This document shows positions 56,913-64,000 of a stretch of 64,000 nt of DNA, in pieces. The translations under genes were made by a program, and so were the position numbers. The stretch is from Candidatus Limnocylindrus sp. (lineage in GTDB: Bacteria; Chloroflexota; Limnocylindria; Limnocylindrales; Limnocylindraceae), in the NCBI GenBank assembly GCA_040397175.1, contig JBBAWM010000002.1, positions 1 through 64,000 on the forward strand. The letters are read 5' to 3'. The notes under the pieces were generated by a model. It was given only the letters and a program-made list of their open reading frames with translations, made no database searches and was not told the origin of the DNA. Positions within the stretch are counted from its first letter, which is position 1, and every line of letters starts with the position of its first letter.

Positions 56913-59213
56913 ATGGCAAAGCGCGAAGGAAAGAGTGGAGGTCGTCTCGTACGGCGCAGTCCGCTTGCATCACGATCGGCACTCCGCACGCTTCTCTCTC
57001 TCGCCTTTGCGGTCACTGGGGTGATCTTTGCTGTCGGCCTCATACTCCCAGGGCGTGGAGCCCTCGCGGATGTGCTCCGTGATGTGCTCGCGCCGTGGTT
57101 CGGTGCTGGCCGTTGGCTGGTCCCAGTACTGCTGATCGGCTTCGCCGTCTGGATCGAGCGCAGCGCCGCTTCCACCCCACGGGTCCCGCTGCGCATTGTC
57201 TTGTCGCTCATTGCCCTTGTCGGCCTGCTTGCGCTCGTTGAGATCGTCTTCCCGACCCACGGCGGCCGCATCGGAAGCATTGCTGGCGGGGGCGCTGCGA
57301 ACCTGCTGACAGGAATTGGCGCGTTCGCAGCATGGAGCGGGATCTTGATCGCGATTGGACTCATCCTCGCTGAGTCCACGGTGCGGAGGATTTTCGCCAC
57401 ACTCTTTGCAGGCGCGAAGGTGAGTGCAGAAGTGATCGGCGACGGCGTCGAGAAGTTCGCCGCAGAGCGCGAACGCATCATGCAAGAGCGTGACGCTGCA
57501 CGCACCGCAGAAGCTACTCGTATCCAGCTCGAAGTTGCGAGTCACCCAGTAGTGGCGGTTGCGCCTGCAGCGATCGTGCCTGATACCTTCGCTGTTGCGG
57601 AGCCCGATGCCGAACCGGAGGCTAACAGCGTACGCGGCGGGGCCCCCGCACGAGGATCAGGGAGCACTTCAGCAAACGGAAGTGCAGGCCCAGGGACCAG
57701 GACAAAAGCTGGTGGTGCAGTTCCGTGGGATCTGCCTTCCACGAGCCTGCTCGATGCCCCAGGCAAGTCCGTCAGCCCAAATGCCAGCATCCACCAGGCG
57801 AACGCCGCGATCATCGTCCAGAAGCTGCGCGATCTCGGCATTGAGATCACCTCAGTGACGGCTAATCCTGGTCCAGTCGTTACGCAGTACGAGCTGACAC
57901 CCGCACCAAATGTGCGAATCAGCCGTATCGAAGGCTTAGGCGACGATCTGGCAATGGCGCTAAGTGCCCGTTCGATTCGCATTGAGGCGCCGATTCCTGG
58001 CAAGGCCGTCGTCGGTATTGAGATTCCTAATCACGAGGCGGAGGCCATTCGTTTCAAGCCACTGCTTACCCCAATCGATAAGGCTGGATCTTGGACGCCA
58101 AGCCAGGTGATCCCATTTGCGCTAGGCAAAGATGTTGGCGGAACAGCACAAGTACGCGATCTCGCAAGCATGCCGCATCTTCTCATCGCAGGGGCAACGG
58201 GCTCAGGAAAGAGCGTCATGGTCAACGCCATCATCGCCTCGTTCTTGTTTGCCCGAACACCTCAGGAGCTTCGCATGATTTTAGTAGATCCGAAGCGCGT
58301 CGAACTATCAGGATACAACGGTCTGCCACACCTACTCGTTCCAGTGATCACTGAATCCGATAAGGCCGCTTCTGCCTTGAAGTGGGCGGTTCTTGAGATG
58401 GAGAACCGCTATCGCATGTTTGCTGGTGCTGGCGCACGCAATCTCGAAGGCTACAACGCCAGTCGAGAGGATGTGAACGATCGAATGTATTCGATCGTCA
58501 TCATCATTGATGAGCTCGCCGACTTGATGATGCAAGATGGCAGGGAGACAGAAGAGTCAATTGTGCGAATTGCACAGAAAGCCCGTGCCACTGGAGTCCA
58601 TCTGATCCTTGCAACGCAGCGACCCTCGGTTAACGTGGTCACAGGGCTGATCAAGGCAAACATTCCAAGCCGGATTGCCTTCTCGATGGCGAGCCAGATC
58701 GATTCGCGAACGGTGCTGGACGCGCCAGGGGCCGAAGATCTGATCGGTCGCGGCGATATGCTCTTCCAGCCTTCAGATGCCCCGAAGCCGACGCGCATGC
58801 AAGGCGTCTTCGTTTCGGATCGTGAGATCAACGCCGTTGTGACGCACTGGCGCGAGCAGGGGTTACCGGACTATCAACTTGGGATTGTTGCGTCCGCCGA
58901 ACGCAACGGTGGGGCAGGAGCCGACCGTGGCCGTGACGAAAAGCCGGCAGACCGACTCTTCGATGAGGCAGTACAGGTGGTCGCCGAGCATGACCGCGCC
59001 TCTGCATCGCTCCTGCAGCGCCGTCTCCGTATTGGCTACGCACGAGCCGCCCGAATCATCGACCAACTGGAAGAGAAGGGCTACATCGGATCGTTCGATG
59101 GGTCCACCGCGCGAGTGGTGAATCGCGACAAGATCGCCGCTGATGCAGCTGGCGCCAGCGGTGGCAGCACGGGTGGAACGAATGCAGCGGGGGAGACAGG
59201 GGAGGGCGCTTAG
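56913..59213 (+). CDS. ftsK: DNA translocase FtsK/SpoIIIE
   Basis: N-terminal TMs; PHLLIAGATGSGKS, IIDELAD, ATQRPS, gamma domain SLLQRRLRIGYARAA. Confidence 0.96.
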   Translation: MAKREGKSGGRLVRRSPLASRSALRTLLSLAFAVTGVIFAVGLILPGRGALADVLRDVLAPWFGAGRWLVPVLLIGFAVWIERSAASTPRVPLRIVLSLIALVGLLALVEIVFPTHGGRIGSIAGGGAANLLTGIGAFAAWSGILIAIGLILAESTVRRIFATLFAGAKVSAEVIGDGVEKFAAERERIMQERDAARTAEATRIQLEVASHPVVAVAPAAIVPDTFAVAEPDAEPEANSVRGGAPARGSGSTSANGSAGPGTRTKAGGAVPWDLPSTSLLDAPGKSVSPNASIHQANAAIIVQKLRDLGIEITSVTANPGPVVTQYELTPAPNVRISRIEGLGDDLAMALSARSIRIEAPIPGKAVVGIEIPNHEAEAIRFKPLLTPIDKAGSWTPSQVIPFALGKDVGGTAQVRDLASMPHLLIAGATGSGKSVMVNAIIASFLFARTPQELRMILVDPKRVELSGYNGLPHLLVPVITESDKAASALKWAVLEMENRYRMFAGAGARNLEGYNASREDVNDRMYSIVIIIDELADLMMQDGRETEESIVRIAQKARATGVHLILATQRPSVNVVTGLIKANIPSRIAFSMASQIDSRTVLDAPGAEDLIGRGDMLFQPSDAPKPTRMQGVFVSDREINAVVTHWREQGLPDYQLGIVASAERNGGAGADRGRDEKPADRLFDEAVQVVAEHDRASASLLQRRLRIGYARAARIIDQLEEKGYIGSFDGSTARVVNRDKIAADAAGASGGSTGGTNAAGETGEGA

Positions 59214-59216
59214 TTC

Positions 59217-60536
59217 ATGAGCGATCAGGTGCCTCTCACTCCCCAAGAACCAAGACTGTCTGAAGATGTGGTGCCACAGGCCCCAAGCATTGGCGATCGA
59301 CTTCGCCAGGCTCGTGAGCGGCGTGGTGTAAGCATCGCTGGGGCTTCTGCCACGCTAAAGATTCGTGCTCCGATCCTGGAGGCGTTTGAACGCGAAGACC
59401 ACAGCCAACTTCCGCCACGCGTCTACGCGCTCGGGCAACTCCGAACCTACGCCGCCTATCTCGGCCTCGATCCGGCCACGGTTGCAGCGGGCTGGCAAGG
59501 CCCCCCATCCCCGAAAGGACCTGCCCCCACATCATCACAACGACCAACAACAACGGCGGATCGCCTTGCCGCCCTGCGCCCGGGCCTTATTCGCTCCACG
59601 CGTGGGGTGCTAGCGATCGGCGGGTTAGGGCTCGCCGTCCTGGTGATCAGCGGCTTCATGGTGCTACAGCTTCTGCGATTCATCCTACCCCCCTCTATTG
59701 CGATTACCTATCCACTTGAGGCGATCAGCAACCTGGAACCTGGGACGCTCTCCTACGAAATCAAGGGAACGGCTGACGCTCGCGCCAGCATCGTCATCAG
59801 CACCAGCGCTGGGGTGCAGCTCACGACCGAGGCGGATGAGAGTGGTCTCTGGAGTCTCGTTGTGCCTCTCGGTACTGGCCAGACAGAAGTTGTTGCAAGC
59901 GCAGTGAAGCCCGGCACTGGCGGTGAATCGAGCACCTCAGCGGCGCGCGTCTTCGTGGTGGCACTTCCCGATAAGGTCGCCCCCGAGATCACCGTAACCG
60001 AGCCGTCAGCCAACCTTGCCATCAAGGATGGTGACGTGCCGATCTCACTTGTCACAAACCCAAATAGCGAGGTAGGCATCACCGCAACGGATACCGCAGG
60101 GGGGTTAATCACCTCCGTGCTCACCAGCGACGTCACTGGGGTCGCCACTGGGGGGATCAACCTCCCGGCGGGGCGCTGGACCTTAAGCTTCAGCATCACC
60201 ACTGCCGACGGCGCGCTCGGTCAGGCTACCCGCACGGTGGATGTCTCCTTCACTGGCGTAACGGTGAGCGTCACCGGCGGGGCCATCGCAACGTGGATTC
60301 GTGTCTGGGTAGATGGTCAGCTTGACCCAACGATTGGTGTTTCAGGGAAGACCTTGGCACCTGGCACACGGTTCAACTTCACGGGGGCGAAGCGCATTGA
60401 GATTCGTAGCGGGGATCCCTCTGCCCTTCTGTTCACGCTCAACGGGCGTACCATTAGCGGAGTTCGGAGCGGCACAGGGGCCGAAACGTACGCTTTCCTC
60501 AGCACGGGGAAGGTGCAGAAATCATCGAGGAGGTAG
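59217..60536 (+). CDS. rodZ: RodZ-like protein: HTH, TM, two Ig-like domains, DUF4115
   Basis: IGDRLRQARE..LRTYAAYLGLD; one TM; beta-rich repeats; WIRVWVDG..IEIRSGDP..LNG. Confidence 0.72.
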   Translation: MSDQVPLTPQEPRLSEDVVPQAPSIGDRLRQARERRGVSIAGASATLKIRAPILEAFEREDHSQLPPRVYALGQLRTYAAYLGLDPATVAAGWQGPPSPKGPAPTSSQRPTTTADRLAALRPGLIRSTRGVLAIGGLGLAVLVISGFMVLQLLRFILPPSIAITYPLEAISNLEPGTLSYEIKGTADARASIVISTSAGVQLTTEADESGLWSLVVPLGTGQTEVVASAVKPGTGGESSTSAARVFVVALPDKVAPEITVTEPSANLAIKDGDVPISLVTNPNSEVGITATDTAGGLITSVLTSDVTGVATGGINLPAGRWTLSFSITTADGALGQATRTVDVSFTGVTVSVTGGAIATWIRVWVDGQLDPTIGVSGKTLAPGTRFNFTGAKRIEIRSGDPSALLFTLNGRTISGVRSGTGAETYAFLSTGKVQKSSRR

Positions 60537-60539
60537 TGC

Positions 60540-61031
60540 ATGGCAGCCGATAACTCGTTTGACGTCGTCTCGGAATATGACGAGCAGGAGCTCAAGAACG
60601 CGCTCGACCAGACCCGGCGGGAGATCGCCACTCGATACGATTTTCGCGACGCTACCGCCGAAATTAAGGAGGAGAAGGGTGAGCTGATTATCCGCGTCGA
60701 CGGCGATCTACGCCTGAAGGCGTTGCGCGACATCCTCGAATCAAAGTCGGTAAAGCGCGGTATTGACCTGCGGACCTACGACTGGGGGAAGGCGGAGGCG
60801 GCTGGCGGAGACACCCTCCGCATTCACGTCAAGCTCCGCAAGGGGCTCGACGACGTGGCAGCGAAGAAGATTGCCAAATTCATTCGTGACACCTTCCCAA
60901 AGGTGAAGACTCAGATCCAGGGCGAGGCGGTGCGTGTGACCGGCAAGTCACGCGACGAACTGCAAGAGGTAATGAGCAGCCTGAAGGATCTTGACGTTGA
61001 ACGACCGCTGCAATTTGAGAACTACCGGTAG
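60540..61031 (+). CDS. yajQ: YajQ family nucleotide-binding protein
   Basis: SFDVVSE, RYDF, QIQGEAVRVTGKSRDELQ, LQFENYR. Confidence 0.95.
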   Translation: MAADNSFDVVSEYDEQELKNALDQTRREIATRYDFRDATAEIKEEKGELIIRVDGDLRLKALRDILESKSVKRGIDLRTYDWGKAEAAGGDTLRIHVKLRKGLDDVAAKKIAKFIRDTFPKVKTQIQGEAVRVTGKSRDELQEVMSSLKDLDVERPLQFENYR

Positions 61032-61034
61032 CTT

Positions 61035-62582
61035 GTGACGCGATCGGTTAGCGAGATCGCTGCGGGCCTCGAACCCTCCCGTGGAGGTGTGGCACTACAG
61101 CCTGGAGCACGGCTGCACATCATTGGGGTTGGAGGCACTGCTGCACTCGCTGCAGCGCTCCACGCTAAAGCACTCGGGCTGAGCGTCTCCGGTTACGACC
61201 AGGCGCTGGCAGGGGAGTCAGCGATGATTCTTTCGCACGCAGGGATTCCAGTTGGCTCATCTGCCAGCCCCGAGGTCCTGCGGTCCTGTGCGGCACTCAA
61301 CGCCGAAAGCACGGTTGCCATCTCGAAGGCGATTACGAGTACCCAGCCGAATCATCCCGAAGTACTACTGGCACGAGAAGCGGGCGCACGAACCGTTTCT
61401 GTACAGCAGGTGATTGCTGATGCCGCCGCCACACGTGGCGGGCTCATGATCGGCGTTGCTGGTACGCATGGCAAAACAACCTCCACTGGATGGGTCCTTG
61501 ATGCGCTCGTTCGTTCTGGGATGGACCTGTCAGCGTTTGTGGGCGGCCCACTCGATACAGGGCTCGGTACCCCTGCAGGCGCTCCCGTGCATATCGGATC
61601 TGGCCCTGGTTTCGTCGTCGAGGCTGATGAGTACGGTGGAAACTTCGACACTTACAACGTCGATCGCGCACTGATCTTGAACGTGGATTGGGATCATCCT
61701 GATATCTTTGCTGACCGCCAGGCTGCCGTGGAAACGTTCGCACGATGGGCGGCCTATCCCGCAACGAACGGCGCTCTCTTCATCAACAGTGGCGATCAGG
61801 GTGGCGCTGAGCTCGCAGCACTGCTCGAGGCGGGAGAGAACCGCAACTTCTTCACCTTTGCAGCCTCAGCGACGCCCGAAGTACCGCAGGCAGATGTGGT
61901 CGCGACGGTAGCGTCACGCGGGGCAGGCACTTTTTCAGTTTCCATCACGCACCTTTCTGACCGCGCCGCACGTACAGCCCCAGCACTGCACGATCTTCTC
62001 AATCGTGAGCTGCCGATTGGGCTACTAGGTGCACACAACGCATCCAACGGCCTCGGCGTTGCCGTGCTTGCTGCAAGCGCTGGTGGCACCGCTGACGGGA
62101 TTGCTGGATCACTCGCAACCTTTGGGGGTGTTGGTCGCCGCATGGAGGTCCGGTACGACCACAACTCCATTACGGTGCTCGACGACTACGGTCATCACCC
62201 AACCGCCATTGACGCCACCATTGCGACAGTCCGTCAGCGGTATCCAGGCCGCACATTGGTTCTCGCCATTGAGCCGCTCACATACCACCGTACTGCTGCC
62301 CTGCTCGAAGGTCTTGCCCAGTCGTGCAGCGCCGCAGATAGGGTTGCAGTCGCACAGATCTTCGCCGTGCGCGACCTCGATACGACGATCGTATCGGCTA
62401 CCAACCTTGCCGAACGCATCGCAGCCCTGGGCACACCGGCCACGGCACCAGGAACTGTCCTGGAGACAGCAGCAGCACTTCTTCCGAGCATTACGGCAGA
62501 GACAGTGGTCCTGGTGATGGGGGGCGGACGATCAACAGAGATCGCCGTTGCACTTGCTCAAGGCCTCGCAGCCGCGTCGTAG
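61035..62582 (+). CDS. murC: Mur ligase, MurC/Mpl-like (divergent)
   Basis: HIIGVGG, AGTHGKTTST, VEADEY, DHPD, GVGRRME, DDYGHHPT. Confidence 0.75.
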   Translation: MTRSVSEIAAGLEPSRGGVALQPGARLHIIGVGGTAALAAALHAKALGLSVSGYDQALAGESAMILSHAGIPVGSSASPEVLRSCAALNAESTVAISKAITSTQPNHPEVLLAREAGARTVSVQQVIADAAATRGGLMIGVAGTHGKTTSTGWVLDALVRSGMDLSAFVGGPLDTGLGTPAGAPVHIGSGPGFVVEADEYGGNFDTYNVDRALILNVDWDHPDIFADRQAAVETFARWAAYPATNGALFINSGDQGGAELAALLEAGENRNFFTFAASATPEVPQADVVATVASRGAGTFSVSITHLSDRAARTAPALHDLLNRELPIGLLGAHNASNGLGVAVLAASAGGTADGIAGSLATFGGVGRRMEVRYDHNSITVLDDYGHHPTAIDATIATVRQRYPGRTLVLAIEPLTYHRTAALLEGLAQSCSAADRVAVAQIFAVRDLDTTIVSATNLAERIAALGTPATAPGTVLETAAALLPSITAETVVLVMGGGRSTEIAVALAQGLAAAS

Positions 62583-62612
62583 CAGGTGCGCCGCGGGGCA
62601 GGGGATGGGGGC

Positions 62613-64000
62613 CTAGGCGCCTTCCGGTGAGCCGGCCGCAGCATCAGGGCCAGGTGGCGGCTGCGTAGCAGCCAGAGCGGCACGTTCCTTCGCCTGCACG
62701 CTCTCGGGTCGCGAGAAGAGGGGATGGCCGTCGGAGGTTAAGCAGCGACCCGTCGCCAGATCCCACTGCCAACCATGGATGCTGCACGTCAGCGTCTCGC
62801 CGTCTGTCGTTCCGAAGCGGGTGAGGTCGGCCTTCATGTGCGGGCAGCGGCGCTGGATCTGCCAGCCGGTTAGGTCAAACGTCCCCTCGGTTGGGCCATT
62901 CTCAGCGTAGAAGCCCTCGGCGTACTGGATTCGGGCCGTCGAGAGGCACTTGAACCAGGTGTAGACGTAGTCGTTATAGGCACCTTTGCGCCACGCTGAG
63001 AAGCGAAGCGACAGGAAGAGGCTGTTGACCCAATCATCCGTTCGCGTGCGCACCAGGTGATCCAAGAGGTAGCGGGGGATCGTGAACCGGAAGTCCACCT
63101 CCCGGCCGTCATCCGCGAGGACGGACCGCTCTGGGAAATCGAGGAGGACAGCCTCGTCATCGGTCTGAATCTTGATCGCAGTGCCGATTCCATCACAGAC
63201 GCGTGGGCCAAGGGCCATGAGTGGCTCTAGCCAGGCCTTCAGCTCGGGTACGAGGTTGCTTCGCGGGCCCGCCCACAATGCTTTCTCCGCTGCAATGACA
63301 GGAGCCATGTCGGCTGCGTATCTGCGCAAATACACTTCCTTATTGGCAAAGACATCTTGCACAGACAGATCACCCTGCGCGTGCTGTACCTCGAATACAC
63401 CCGCGTTGTTGAATTGGCCGACGCTCCCCGGGAGCATCAGAACGGCCGCCTGACCCTCAGCCTGCAGGCGCTCAACCATGAAGCGCTGGTCGGGGAAGAT
63501 CGAATCATCGGCATCGTGCACGTCGTTCCAGCGGAAAAGCTCGTCATCGAGGAAGCAGGGGGGTCCCGCAGAGGGGATCACCACACGGGGGGAGATGATC
63601 TCCACGTAGCGAGCGGCGCGGGTGAACTGCGCGGCACGCTTCTTCTTTGCGAGTGCCTCGGCGGCCTTCGCCGGCATCTCGTAGACCATGGGGTACCAGA
63701 TCGCACCGCTGAACTGCAGAAGGCAGATGTCAATCGCTCCCTGCACCAGGAGTCGGTCCGGGTCGGTTGGACGGCTGTCGTTGAGGTTTAGCAGGCGCTC
63801 TACGCCGTCGTCGATGAGGAGCGCCGAATCACCAATGGGTCCGTCTGTGGGGGCCGTGAGGGCCTCTACGACGATGCTGAGGCCACCGTGGCGCACAGGG
63901 ACGCCGGACTGCGTTTCGATAAACGAATGAAAACCGAGCTCTTGGAGAGCCTCCTTGAGCTCCGGGAGCGGGTAGGCGGGGAGAATGACCACCGCGTCCT
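62613..64000 (-). CDS. MBL-fold plus C-terminal Rieske 2Fe-2S protein, Rv3818-like (5' end beyond the window)
   Basis: DGPIGDSAL, QFSGAIWYPMVY, PSAGPPCFL, WQIQRRCPHMKADL..LTCSIHGWQW; matches my recollection of M. tuberculosis Rv3818. Confidence 0.85.
   Translation of the reverse strand, partial: DAVVILPAYPLPELKEALQELGFHSFIETQSGVPVRHGGLSIVVEALTAPTDGPIGDSALLIDDGVERLLNLNDSRPTDPDRLLVQGAIDICLLQFSGAIWYPMVYEMPAKAAEALAKKKRAAQFTRAARYVEIISPRVVIPSAGPPCFLDDELFRWNDVHDADDSIFPDQRFMVERLQAEGQAAVLMLPGSVGQFNNAGVFEVQHAQGDLSVQDVFANKEVYLRRYAADMAPVIAAEKALWAGPRSNLVPELKAWLEPLMALGPRVCDGIGTAIKIQTDDEAVLLDFPERSVLADDGREVDFRFTIPRYLLDHLVRTRTDDWVNSLFLSLRFSAWRKGAYNDYVYTWFKCLSTARIQYAEGFYAENGPTEGTFDLTGWQIQRRCPHMKADLTRFGTTDGETLTCSIHGWQWDLATGRCLTSDGHPLFSRPESVQAKERAALAATQPPPGPDAAAGSPEGA

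Overview
High-GC, extremely gene-dense core-genome segment with no mobile elements, CRISPR or prophage. It opens with five tRNA genes (Val-TAC, Phe-GAA, Gly-GCC, Gln-TTG, Cys-GCA), followed by about 55 mostly housekeeping CDSs that lie largely on the + strand and are often coupled by ATGA/GTGA overlaps. Order: rpsF-ssb-rpsR-ilvE, LCP(-), ileS-lspA-rluD-gmk-priA-def-fmt-rlmN-rpe, rpmB(-), fakA-recG-rsmD-coaD-yceD-rpmF-plsX-nusB-acpP-rnc-smc-ftsY, MFS(-), ffh-rpsP-khpA-rimM-trmD-rplS-rnhB-yraN-rpsB-tsf-pyrH-frr-uppS-cdsA-dxr-rseP-ispG-nusA-ylxR-infB-rbfA-nrnA-truB-ribF-rpsO-pnp-asd-udg-rnj-ftsK-rodZ-yajQ-murC, and a partial Rv3818-like Rieske gene(-). The gene order, short EF-Ts, type-2 IleRS and stripped-down operons suggest a streamlined Chloroflexota genome, possibly Ca. 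Limnocylindria (inference only). Top finding: the PNPase (865 aa) carries a complete DnaQ-like DEDDh 3'-5' exonuclease domain, with all catalytic residues, inserted into its alpha-helical domain. Other signals: an apparent ACG start for ylxR directly upstream of infB; no canonical start near the fmt N-terminus; two unannotated micro-ORFs bridging gaps by ATGA coupling; a 22-bp bidirectional promoter that predicts two leaderless mRNAs; a non-canonical GVHH IleRS signature; altered RNase HII and RibF motifs; missing fab genes next to fakA/plsX/acpP; and several ribosomal-protein leader RNAs. All calls come from motif reading, not database searches.
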